Of a stretch of DNA of 43,603 bases, positions 24,124 to 33,105 are shown in pieces. The DNA is from a virus (lineage: Duplodnaviria; Caudoviricetes), in IMG/VR virus record IMGVR_UViG_3300022862_000009, positions 1-43,603 of that record; one strand, written 5' to 3'. Made by a program: the position numbers and the translations under genes. Position 1 is the stretch's first letter, and the number at the start of each line of letters is the position of its first letter. Below the pieces are notes generated by a model. The model made no database searches. It worked only from the letters and a program-made list of their open reading frames with translations, and was not told where the DNA came from.

Positions 24124-24465
24124 ATGACGGTTATCCCGATCGATGTGGCCATGCAGCACCTGCGAGCCGAAAGCGAAGATCAGAGCTATGTCGAGCTGGT
24201 GCTGGAGGCTGCTGAAGACAGTGCGGCGCAGTTTTTGAATCGCCGTTTCTACGTTGACGCTGACTCGCTTGCATCCGCCGTGCTGGCTGGAGACGCCGGT
24301 TCCGATCCGATCCTGATCAATCCGTCTATCCGTGCTGCCTGCCTGTTGATTGCTGGCAACCTCTACGGCAATCGTGAGGATGTTGTGGTGGGCACGATCT
24401 CTTCCGAGTTACCGATGGGGTCTAGGTCTATGTTGATGCCTTACCGCGTCGAGCTGGGTGTGTAA
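24124..24465 (+). CDS. Head-tail connector (HK97 gp6-like)
   Basis: HLR...AACLLIAGNLYGNRE...LPMG...PYR. Confidence 0.92.
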   Translation: MTVIPIDVAMQHLRAESEDQSYVELVLEAAEDSAAQFLNRRFYVDADSLASAVLAGDAGSDPILINPSIRAACLLIAGNLYGNREDVVVGTISSELPMGSRSMLMPYRVELGV

Positions 24466-24785
24466 TGAGGGCCGGTCCGCTTCGACACTCCTGCATGCGC
24501 CGCGGCTACATCGACGGCAAGGATGACCTCGGTCAGCCCTCGAAGGTCTGGGGCGACCTCGGAAAGCTTTGGGCGGAGATCAATATTCCTTCCGGCCGCA
24601 TGTACGAGGCAGCGTCCCAGATGCAGGTCACGGTCACCGCCGAGATCAACATTCGTTACCGCAAGGACGTGGTGGCGGGTCAGCACCTGGTGCATGACGG
24701 GATCACTTACGAAATCATCGCGCCGCTGGCTACCAACCAGCGGGACATGCTGAAACTCATGTGCAAAACGGTGAAGCCAAAATGA
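24465..24785 (+). CDS. Head closure protein (SPP1 gp16-like)
   Basis: MRAGPLRH...WAEI...IRYR. Confidence 0.9.
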   Translation: MRAGPLRHSCMRRGYIDGKDDLGQPSKVWGDLGKLWAEINIPSGRMYEAASQMQVTVTAEINIRYRKDVVAGQHLVHDGITYEIIAPLATNQRDMLKLMCKTVKPK

Positions 24786-25252
24786 GCAACGGTTCGCTGA
24801 CTGTCGTCGGCCTTGGTGAACTTCAGGCCGACTTCGAGCGCTTGGCCAAGTCCGTAGGTAACAAGATTGCCAAGGATGCCGCCATGGCTGGAGCGAGGGT
24901 GGCTAGGGATAAGGCCCGGAGCACGGCGCCAGTTCGAACGGGCAAGCTGAAGAAGAACATCGTTGCCGTCAGCGTGAAACAGGCTGATACGCCTGGCGGT
25001 GCGACTGCCGGCATCCGCGTGAAGAAGCCAACTGGCAAGCAAACCAAGGCGCTGAAGCGCCCCGGCAAAAAAGGGCGCACGTCGAAAACCGATTACGACT
25101 CGCCGTTCTACTGGAAGTTTCTGGAACTAGGCACATCGAAGATGCAGGCCCATCCATTCATTCGACCAGCCTGGGACGGCAGCTTGCCTCAAATCGAAAA
25201 GGCCGTTGCTGACAAGTTGGCCGAAGGCATCGACAACGCCATCACCCGGTAA
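24782..25252 (+). CDS. HK97 gp10-like tail component
   Basis: APVRTGKLKKNI, FYWKFLELGTSKMQAHPFIRPA. Confidence 0.92.
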   Translation: MSNGSLTVVGLGELQADFERLAKSVGNKIAKDAAMAGARVARDKARSTAPVRTGKLKKNIVAVSVKQADTPGGATAGIRVKKPTGKQTKALKRPGKKGRTSKTDYDSPFYWKFLELGTSKMQAHPFIRPAWDGSLPQIEKAVADKLAEGIDNAITR

Positions 25253-25257
25253 ACCCA

Positions 25258-25605
25258 ATGATCGAGAAATCACTCATCGACAGGCTTTCGCCTCTGGTCG
25301 ACGGGCGAGTGTACTTCGGCGTTGCGCCGGAGGACGCCGCACAGCCGCGCCTGGTGATTCAAACGGTAAGCGGCACCACCGGTTTCACTCTCGCCGGCTG
25401 GGACGGCTCAAGCGACCTGACTATCCAGCTTGACGCATGGGGCGAAAGCTTCCTGCAGGCGCTCACTCTTGCTGGCAAGGCCTTCACCGCGATGACCACG
25501 GATGGCGCCGACTTCACCACCGGCGGCGCAGACCGCCTGGCGGATGTTTTCGAAAACGACACCAAACTTTTCAGCGTGAGCTGGGAATACACCCTGCAAC
25601 CATAG
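25258..25605 (+). CDS. Tail terminator (DUF3168-like)
   Basis: GRVYFGVAP...IQLDAW; position before the tail tube. Confidence 0.85.
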   Translation: MIEKSLIDRLSPLVDGRVYFGVAPEDAAQPRLVIQTVSGTTGFTLAGWDGSSDLTIQLDAWGESFLQALTLAGKAFTAMTTDGADFTTGGADRLADVFENDTKLFSVSWEYTLQP

Positions 25606-25613
25606 GAGGCCAC

Positions 25614-26081
25614 ATGGCCGTTCAAACTCCAACGAAAGCGAAGTTCGTCAAGACGCAGGGCACGGCTCTCAGCGTTTCTAAAGAAACCACGCTCGACCCC
25701 AAGGCAGTCGGCATTGAGTGGGCCGATCTGTCCGTCACGATCAAGCAGCCCCAGTTCCAGGGCGGTCAGTCCGATGAAATCGAAGTGACCGTCCTTGCCA
25801 GTGAGGCCAAAGAGTTCACCGTGGGCCTGGCCGACAACGGCACCTTCAGCATGTCCGGGAACTGGAAGGCTGACGACGAAGCCCAAACGGTGTTGCGCAC
25901 AGCCCGCGATGACGGTGAACCGCGCGCATTCAAATCGCTGTTCAAGGACGGTTCGTCCTCGAGCTTCCTCGGCCTGGTCACCCAGTTCACCTGGGACGCC
26001 GCGCCAAACGGTACCGTTAACGGCACGTTCAACGTGCGTATCACCGGCGCCGTATCCTTCGACCTGCCGGTGGTGCCGTAA
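25614..26081 (+). CDS. Major tail tube protein
   Basis: AGGAGG SD; IEVTVL..KEF..GLADNG motif. Confidence 0.92.
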   Translation: MAVQTPTKAKFVKTQGTALSVSKETTLDPKAVGIEWADLSVTIKQPQFQGGQSDEIEVTVLASEAKEFTVGLADNGTFSMSGNWKADDEAQTVLRTARDDGEPRAFKSLFKDGSSSSFLGLVTQFTWDAAPNGTVNGTFNVRITGAVSFDLPVVP

Positions 26082-26554
26082 TGTCTCGGGTAAAAATCGG
26101 CGCCGCGGTTGATCTGCGCTCCATGGCGCTGGATCCGATGCGCAATTTCAAGCATGAGGGCCTGACCATTGATGAATGGGAGGGCGCCAAAGTCGTTGTC
26201 AGGGCATTGAGCGCTGGCGATTGGGTCGAGTACCGACGCCGCGCCGCGCAAGCGGTCGCAGAGGCCCGGCAGGAAGCTGGCCTACCGGCACAGAAGCAAG
26301 AGCCAGAGGAAGACGAAGGCGCACCGTCTGAGCCCATGGTTGAAATCCAGTCGTCGCCGCTGTACGCATTCGTCCTGGTACGTGCGTTGCTCGATGAGAA
26401 CAACGTGCGGGTGTTTCAGGATGAAGATGTGCCTGCTGTAGCTGAAGCCTTCAGCCCGGTGCACGACCGCCTTGTCGGCAAAGTTTTCGAACTGAGCGGT
26501 GTTGCGGCCGGCGCCGGCGGCGAAGATCCGGTGGATGCAGCGGGAAACGACTGA
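26081..26554 (+). CDS. Tail assembly chaperone (gpG-like)
   Basis: Position after the tube gene; ends with slippery site G GGA AAC. Confidence 0.9.
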   Translation: MSRVKIGAAVDLRSMALDPMRNFKHEGLTIDEWEGAKVVVRALSAGDWVEYRRRAAQAVAEARQEAGLPAQKQEPEEDEGAPSEPMVEIQSSPLYAFVLVRALLDENNVRVFQDEDVPAVAEAFSPVHDRLVGKVFELSGVAAGAGGEDPVDAAGND

Positions 26555-26883
26555 CGGAGGAGCCGGAGTTGGCGTTTATGCTGACTCTTGCCCTCCGGCT
26601 TGGCATGACGCTCCAGGATCTGCGTTCACGGATGAGCGCGGAGGAGCTGTTCCTCTGGATGGCTTATAACCAGGAATCCCCGCTGAGTGATACCCGTGGC
26701 GATATCCAGGCCTCGATCATTGCAGCGTCCGTGTTCCAGGCCCAGGGCGCGAAAGTATCGGCCGTCGACCTGATGCCCAAGTGGAAAGAAGAAGCGGCGG
26801 TGGTGGTTGATGAGGCTGCGCAGGCTGAGGAAGGAGAGCAGTTGTTCAAGGCGTTTCTGATGGTCAAATCTTCAGAACCCTGA
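26542..26883 (+). CDS. gpT-like extension reached by programmed -1 frameshift at GGGAAAC (26542-26548)
   Basis: X XXY YYZ heptamer in the correct phase; the -1 frame is open through FMLTLALRLGMTL...SAEEL..W. Confidence 0.88.
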   Translation, partial: GKRLTEEPELAFMLTLALRLGMTLQDLRSRMSAEELFLWMAYNQESPLSDTRGDIQASIIAASVFQAQGAKVSAVDLMPKWKEEAAVVVDEAAQAEEGEQLFKAFLMVKSSEP

Positions 26884-26947
26884 AAATCTGCCTGCCTCGC
26901 TGGCTCTATCCTCATGTTAGATTCTCTGTTTTACAAGGAAGATTCTA

Positions 26948-27304
26948 ATGAGAAAGTGCGCGGTTTTAGTTGCTATTTTTATCGCAGGTTGCGGAAATTC
27001 TGAAAGGCCGGATTCGGAAGTTTCGATTGATCAGGCTGCTCTATCACTTTATTCAAAAGAGCATTATCCCAAGACGTACCAGAGGTGGGGCGATGCCGGT
27101 GTCGAACGAATAAAAGCGGCTGAGCGAAATGCGCTGTTAAAGGCAGCAAAGCAATTGAAGTGCGACAAAGTTGAGTACGTTGGGCTTTCTGAGCAGATGA
27201 GTAGCCCACCTTCAACGATAGTTATTTTTGCCGACTGCTTGAATCGATGGCGTTTCTATATCGATCAGAATTCTGAAATTCTCAGTAGCGAGAGAACCAA
27301 ATAA
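26948..27304 (+). CDS. Lipoprotein moron between the tail chaperone and tape measure genes
   Basis: MRKCAVLVAIFIAGC lipobox; AT-richer; own SD and downstream terminator. Confidence 0.85.
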   Translation: MRKCAVLVAIFIAGCGNSERPDSEVSIDQAALSLYSKEHYPKTYQRWGDAGVERIKAAERNALLKAAKQLKCDKVEYVGLSEQMSSPPSTIVIFADCLNRWRFYIDQNSEILSSERTK

Positions 27305-27324
27305 CCCGCCAAGGCGGGTTTTTT
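27303..27324 (+). terminator. Moron terminator
   Basis: AACCCGCC-AA-GGCGGGTTTTTT. Confidence 0.85.
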
Positions 27325-27341
27325 AATGCCTGGAGAAAAGC

Positions 27342-30300
27342 ATGTCAGGGCAAACCCTACGCTCCCTTATCGTCAGCGTTTCAGCCGAGACAAGCGCATA
27401 CCAGCGCGAGATGGCAAGGGCTGGCCGTATGGGGCAAAGCTATCTCCGAACTATAACGTCGGGAAACCGTGACGCGACTACTTCATGGCGATCCCAAGAG
27501 GCAGCAGTTCGAGCTCAAGGCTCAGCAATGCAGGCGCTCACCTCAACTGTTGGCGGGTATGCAAAGGCCATGGCCGGTGCTCTTGCTGTGGGAAACGTCA
27601 TTCACCAAGCAGATAGCTGGAATCAGGTTAATGCCCGACTGAAGCAGGCATCCTCAAGCACTGAGGATTTTGCTGTAAGCCAAAAATCGCTTTTTGAAGT
27701 AAGCCAGCGCACTGGTACAGCATTTTCCGACAACGCCAATCTATTCAGTCGTTCGTCCGCATCCATGCGCGAGTTTGGATTTTCATCGAGCGATGTTTTA
27801 GGTGTGACCGAGGCGCTGGCGCTAGGGCTTCAGCTTTCCGGCGCTGGCGCAGCTGAAGCTTCATCAGTGATTACACAATTTTCCCAAGCTCTGGGCCAGG
27901 GGGTGCTGCGCGGGGAGGAATTCAACTCGGTCAACGAAAACGGTGACCGCGTAATCCGAGCGCTTGCCACCGGCATGGGGGTTGCTCGTAAAGACTTAAA
28001 AGCCATGGCCGACCAAGGTCTGCTTACCATCGACAAAGTGGTGCCCGCGCTGATTAGCCAGCTTGGGAACCTTCAGGGAGAATTCAAGGATTTGCCCGGC
28101 TCTGTTAGTCGAGCCACCACAACCGTCAGCAATTCATTTCAAGCTTGGGTGGGCGGAATTGACGGCGCGACCGGGAGTACTAAAGTGCTCGCCCGAGCAG
28201 TTACGTTTGTCGCCGAAAATATGGACGTGCTGGCGGCTTCAGCGCTCACTGTTGGTGCCGCCTATGGTGGCCTGAAAGCGGGAGATCTGATCAAGAGTTT
28301 GTGGGCACAGGTCAGTGCTGTTCGGGAGGCGAACTCGGCTGAAATCGGTCGCACTAGGGCTCAGCTTGATTCCGCCAACATGGTGGTTAGACGAGCAGCG
28401 GCCGAGACGATGGCTGCGAATGCTCAGGTTACTGCGACAAGATTTACCGATGGGCATGTAGCCGCTCTTAGCCGCTTGCGTATCGCCAGGCTCGCTGATG
28501 CGCAGGCGGCCGCTGCGCAAGCTGCAGCTCAGTCCGCACAATCAGCAGCGACTTCGCTGGCTGGACGTGCAGGTGCAGCTCTTCTTGGTGTGATGGGCGG
28601 CCCTGCTGGACTTGCACTGACCGTCGGCGCCGTGGCTGCCAGCTATCTTCTTTTCACTGATAACAGCGAAAAGGCAAGAAAGGCCACCGTCGACTTGAAG
28701 CGACCTGTCGAAGAGCTGCGCAAAGAGTTTGCCGAGCTTGGTAAGGAGCAGGCGCGGTACAAGCTCGACGGCGTTATCCAGCAGCAGGCGGACGCACAGG
28801 TCGCTGCACAGAAGGCTCTGCGCGAGATCCGCGCCGCAGCCCAAGGCAATGACAAGTGGGGCGATACCTACTCGGCCAACCCGTTCCAGCGCGATCGGGC
28901 GGTGACAGACTTCAACCGCCGGATAGCAGGCGGTCAGGATATTGATTCCGCCAGTCAGCAGTTGGTCGAGGCGATCGGCCCTAACAAGGAAATGACCAAC
29001 GCCATCAACGCCTCATCTGCAGCGTACGGCGAGGCCATCAAGGCGTCCGGCGACTACGGCGATGTCGCCAACATGCTGACCGCACGGTTGAACGATGTCG
29101 CTGACGCGGCCGGCCAGGCCGGTGCAGGCCTGAAGAAGATAGAAGGCCCGGATCAGAAAACCATTGACGGCTGGACGAGCTACTCCAAAACGCTGGTGGA
29201 GCGGTTGAACTCAGTCCGGGATGGCGGAGACCTGGTCGGGGAGGTGAATCGACGCATTGAGCGGGAGGGCGTCGATCCAGCAACAGCGGAAGGCTGGCGC
29301 ATTCTTGCCGGCGCGATCAAAGGTTCCGAGGCTGCGGCCAAGGCATCGGAGGAAGCCCAGCAGAAGGCGAAGAAAGCGACGGAGGATATCCACCGCCAGG
29401 CCGAACAGCTCAACAACGCTTACAAGCAGACCCTGGCCAACCTCACACAACAGGTAGCGCTATACGGTGAAACTACCGAGATAGGGCGCCTTCGTTACGA
29501 ACTCACCACCGGCGAGCTTTCAAAGCTATCAGCGAAGAACAAGGTAATGCTCGAGGGCAAGGCCATTGAGCTCGACGCGCTCAATGCCAGAAAGGCCTAT
29601 GACGGCTTGATGTCTGGCCTTCAAACCAAAGAGCAGGCCCTGCTTGCAACCACAAAAGAGCGGATGCAGGTCCTGGAAACAGCCAATCGCACCGGGAAAC
29701 TTTCGTCAGACGACTATCGCGCCGGCGCTGATGCCATCTCTAAAGCCACCGTTACCGAGGCACCAGAGTTTGGTGGCATAGACTCTTCGGTGGGCGGGCC
29801 CTCCGGTGAGCTGGTCAAGATTGCAGAGGCCGAGGCTGCCCTGAAAAAGTGGCACGACAAGCAGATGTCAATGCAGGCTGATCTACGCGATCAGATCCTG
29901 GCCGACCAACAAAGCACCAACGAACAGAAGCTCGCCGCCGAGCAGCAGTACTTGGACCGCGTGGTGGAAATCAACCAGACGAACCAGGCGCGGCTCTCTG
30001 ACATTCAGGGCGCTTACAAAGTGGCCGTGATTGGCACCTTCAGCGAGCTGTCGGGCCAGGCCGCCGACATGGTTGGCAAGATCGCTGGCGAGCAGTCCGG
30101 CGCGTACAAGGCGTTGTTTGTCGCGCAAAAGGCGTTCGCGGTGGCGTCGATCATCATGAACGCCCAGATAGCTGCGGCGAAGGCACCGGCGGAACTGACC
30201 ATCCTGGGCGGTATCCCGGTGGGCGCGGCGCTGTTGGCTGCGGGTTACGCCAATGCGGGCATGGTCGCCGGCATGGCGTTGGCCGGCTTCTCTGAGGGTG

Positions 30301-30719
30301 GTTTTACAGGGCCGGGTGGCAAGTTTGAGCCGAAGGGGGTGGTTCACGGCGGCGAGGTGGTCATCCGCAAGGAGGTGGTCGATCAGCCTGGAATGAAGGA
30401 TTACCTCATCGGCCTGAACCGTAGCGGTAAGCCAGGCTATGCGAGCGGCGGATTCGTCGGAAGCCCAGGCATCACGCCAGCCTTCACCGTTCCATCTGTC
30501 GCAGCGGGCGCCGGGTCAGGCTCGGCTCCGGAGATTCACCTGCATATCAATGGGGACGGATCCGGCGGCTCTGTGAACTCGCCGGAAGGCTACGAGCAGA
30601 TGGGACTGGCGCTGTTGGCCACCGCTCGCTCGGAGATGCCCAAGATCGCCCGACAGGTGATCCAGCAGGAGAAGGGCCAGAACGGCCTGCTTGATCCAAA
30701 CAATCGGAGAAACAGCTGA
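27342..30719 (+). CDS. Tape measure protein
   Basis: 1125 aa, Ala-rich and helical; QFSQALGQGVLRGEEFNSV; C-terminal GFSEGGFTGPGGKFEPKGVVHGGE. Confidence 0.96.
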   Translation: MSGQTLRSLIVSVSAETSAYQREMARAGRMGQSYLRTITSGNRDATTSWRSQEAAVRAQGSAMQALTSTVGGYAKAMAGALAVGNVIHQADSWNQVNARLKQASSSTEDFAVSQKSLFEVSQRTGTAFSDNANLFSRSSASMREFGFSSSDVLGVTEALALGLQLSGAGAAEASSVITQFSQALGQGVLRGEEFNSVNENGDRVIRALATGMGVARKDLKAMADQGLLTIDKVVPALISQLGNLQGEFKDLPGSVSRATTTVSNSFQAWVGGIDGATGSTKVLARAVTFVAENMDVLAASALTVGAAYGGLKAGDLIKSLWAQVSAVREANSAEIGRTRAQLDSANMVVRRAAAETMAANAQVTATRFTDGHVAALSRLRIARLADAQAAAAQAAAQSAQSAATSLAGRAGAALLGVMGGPAGLALTVGAVAASYLLFTDNSEKARKATVDLKRPVEELRKEFAELGKEQARYKLDGVIQQQADAQVAAQKALREIRAAAQGNDKWGDTYSANPFQRDRAVTDFNRRIAGGQDIDSASQQLVEAIGPNKEMTNAINASSAAYGEAIKASGDYGDVANMLTARLNDVADAAGQAGAGLKKIEGPDQKTIDGWTSYSKTLVERLNSVRDGGDLVGEVNRRIEREGVDPATAEGWRILAGAIKGSEAAAKASEEAQQKAKKATEDIHRQAEQLNNAYKQTLANLTQQVALYGETTEIGRLRYELTTGELSKLSAKNKVMLEGKAIELDALNARKAYDGLMSGLQTKEQALLATTKERMQVLETANRTGKLSSDDYRAGADAISKATVTEAPEFGGIDSSVGGPSGELVKIAEAEAALKKWHDKQMSMQADLRDQILADQQSTNEQKLAAEQQYLDRVVEINQTNQARLSDIQGAYKVAVIGTFSELSGQAADMVGKIAGEQSGAYKALFVAQKAFAVASIIMNAQIAAAKAPAELTILGGIPVGAALLAAGYANAGMVAGMALAGFSEGGFTGPGGKFEPKGVVHGGEVVIRKEVVDQPGMKDYLIGLNRSGKPGYASGGFVGSPGITPAFTVPSVAAGAGSGSAPEIHLHINGDGSGGSVNSPEGYEQMGLALLATARSEMPKIARQVIQQEKGQNGLLDPNNRRNS

Positions 30720-31057
30720 TGGCAGAGGTATTCACCTGGTCGCCACGGGTTGGCTCATCTGGCGATGACCAGACAGATACGCTGGAGTCGAAGTTTGGCA
30801 ACGGCTACAGCCAGCGTCTGTCGGTCGGCATCAACAATGTGAGCGGCACTTATGCGGTGTCGTTCACTGGGAGCGAGGCCTACATCGCGGCGATCAGGGA
30901 TTTCTTCAAGCGGCACAAGGGCGCAAATCACTTCTTGTGGACGCCGCCACTGGAAACTCAGGGCGCCTTTATCACCACCGGTGGCTGGCAATTACAAACC
31001 CACGGCAAGAAGAAATACACCCTCAGCACCACCTTTCAGCAGGTATTCAACCCATGA
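30719..31057 (+). CDS. Minor tail protein M (distal tail)
   Basis: KFGNGYSQR..GIN, FLWTPP, TFQQVF. Confidence 0.92.
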   Translation: MAEVFTWSPRVGSSGDDQTDTLESKFGNGYSQRLSVGINNVSGTYAVSFTGSEAYIAAIRDFFKRHKGANHFLWTPPLETQGAFITTGGWQLQTHGKKKYTLSTTFQQVFNP

Positions 31058-31740
31058 TCACATTGGACGACCAGAAGCTTGAACCCGGTGATCTGATCCA
31101 ACTGATCGAGTTGGACGGCGAGGCGCGCGGAATGGGCATTTTGCGGTACCACGCTCACCAGCAGTCCGCGCCGATCATCTGGAAGGGCGATGTGTATTCG
31201 CCAAGGCCATACGAAACCGGTGGCTTCGGGCGAAGTGTCGAGGGCAATAATTCCACGCCTATGCTCAAGATCAGCAACATCGACGGAACGATCACGGCGC
31301 TATGCCGCCGCTTCCAGGGAATGAGTGGGGTCAAGCTGACAGTGCGCCAGACCTACGCCAAGTACCTGGACGCTGCGAACTTCCCCGAGGGGAATCCCGC
31401 GGCCAGCACCATGGAACGGCTAGACATCTCCTATATCAACCAGGTGACCAGCCTGGGGCGTGAGGAGGTGATTTTCTCTTTGGCACCCCCAACGGCGGTG
31501 AAGGGACAGATGCTGCCCGGCGGACTGATCATGAACCGCTGTGAGTGGTGCCTGTGGGGGGAGTACCGCGGGCCTGACTGCAACTACACCGGCATCAAGA
31601 TGTTCGACCTCGATGGCAACCCTGTCGATGACCCTGCGCTTGATCGCTGCGGCGGTCGGCCGAGCGACTGCGAGATTCGCCACGGTCGCGGTAATCCGCT
31701 GCCATTCGGCGGGGCTCCAGGTGCTGCGCTTATTGGATAG
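31054..31740 (+). CDS. Minor tail protein L
   Basis: YLDAANFPEGNP, CEW...YRGPDCNY...C...C...LPFGG Fe-S cysteine motif. Confidence 0.94.
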   Translation: MITLDDQKLEPGDLIQLIELDGEARGMGILRYHAHQQSAPIIWKGDVYSPRPYETGGFGRSVEGNNSTPMLKISNIDGTITALCRRFQGMSGVKLTVRQTYAKYLDAANFPEGNPAASTMERLDISYINQVTSLGREEVIFSLAPPTAVKGQMLPGGLIMNRCEWCLWGEYRGPDCNYTGIKMFDLDGNPVDDPALDRCGGRPSDCEIRHGRGNPLPFGGAPGAALIG

Positions 31741-31747
31741 GTAACCC

Positions 31748-32500
31748 ATGAACAAGACGATGTTGAAACAGATCCAGGCCCACGCCGCCGCTGAGTTCCC
31801 TAAGGAAAGCTGTGGTGTCGTGATCCGCGAAGCCGGGCGCCTGAAGTACGTTCCTTGCCGCAACGACGCCAAGACCCCAAGCGAGCACTTCATCATCAAC
31901 CCGGAAGACAAGTGCGATGCCGAGGATCGGGGCGAGGTTACGCTGATCATTCACTCCCACCCGGACGTGCCGCCGGCGCCCAGCATGACTGATCGCGTCA
32001 GTTGCGAGCTGCATGAAAAGCCGTGGGGCATTGTCAGCTGGCCGTCCGGCGAATACTTCGAGTTCAAGCCGTGCGGCTATCAGGCACCGCTCATCGGTCG
32101 TGAGTTCGGTCATGGGCTGCTGGACTGCTACGCGCTGTGCCGCGACTACTACGAGCGCGAGTATGGGATTGAGCTGCCGAACTACCCGCGCCGGGATGGC
32201 TGGTGGAACGACGGTGAAAGCCTCTACGAGAAGTATTACGAGGAGGCTGGCTTCTATCCGGTGTCGATGCCGCGTAAGGGCGACATGATCGTCATGCAAA
32301 TCAATGCTGGCGCACCGAACCACGCCGGCATTTACCTGGGCGACGGGCTGTTGGCCAGCGTGCCAGATCTTCACCCTGCGCCGGGCACGTTCCTGCATCA
32401 CCGCTACAACAAGAAATCCACCCGCGATGTGTACGGCGGTATGTGGGCTGACTACACCGTGCTGATTCTTCGGCACCAACGAGTGCCGGAGGTTGACTGA
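31748..32500 (+). CDS. Tail assembly protein K (JAB plus NlpC/P60)
   Basis: PKESCG, HSHP, DCY, PNHAGIYLG. Confidence 0.94.
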   Translation: MNKTMLKQIQAHAAAEFPKESCGVVIREAGRLKYVPCRNDAKTPSEHFIINPEDKCDAEDRGEVTLIIHSHPDVPPAPSMTDRVSCELHEKPWGIVSWPSGEYFEFKPCGYQAPLIGREFGHGLLDCYALCRDYYEREYGIELPNYPRRDGWWNDGESLYEKYYEEAGFYPVSMPRKGDMIVMQINAGAPNHAGIYLGDGLLASVPDLHPAPGTFLHHRYNKKSTRDVYGGMWADYTVLILRHQRVPEVD

Positions 32501-33096
32501 TGGCCATGATCACAGCGGTTCGCCCGCAGCCCTTGGTGGTGCTGGTGATGCTGTACGGCGTGCTTGGTTCCCGCTTTGGGCGTGTGCACCACTTGGCGGT
32601 TGCTTCGCCATCTGAGGCGATCCACGCCCTTTGCGTGAAAATCCCTGGATTCAGGCGCTTCCTCCGGATGTCCGAGGAGCGCGGCCTGACCTATGCGGTG
32701 TTCCGAGGCAAGACCAATCTAAGCGAAAGCGAGATTGAGATGCGGCAGGACACCGTTGAGCCGATTCGCATCGCACCGATCGTGATCGGCAGTAAAGGCG
32801 GAGGCCTGTTCGCCACTATCGCGGGCCTGGCCCTGGTGGTGATCGGCGCCATCACTCAGCAGTACTACCTGGTGGCTGCAGGTGCCGGCCTGATGATTGG
32901 TGGTATCGCCATGAGTATGTCCCCGTCTCCGGTGGGCGTGCTCGATAAGGAGGGCGACGGCAACAGGCCGTCCTATGCGTTCGGCGGGGCTGTCACCACC
33001 ATGGCCCAGGGCCGCTGCAAACCATTGCTCTATGGCGAGCGCGATATCGGCGGCGCCCTCATTTCAGCTGGCGTCTTCTCGGAAGATCAGCAGTAA
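32500..33096 (+). CDS. Tail assembly protein I
   Basis: LYGVLGSRFGR, SYAFGGAV...QG...PLLYG...GGALISAG. Confidence 0.94.
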   Translation: MAMITAVRPQPLVVLVMLYGVLGSRFGRVHHLAVASPSEAIHALCVKIPGFRRFLRMSEERGLTYAVFRGKTNLSESEIEMRQDTVEPIRIAPIVIGSKGGGLFATIAGLALVVIGAITQQYYLVAAGAGLMIGGIAMSMSPSPVGVLDKEGDGNRPSYAFGGAVTTMAQGRCKPLLYGERDIGGALISAGVFSEDQQ

Positions 33097-33105
33097 GGAA
33101 AACCC

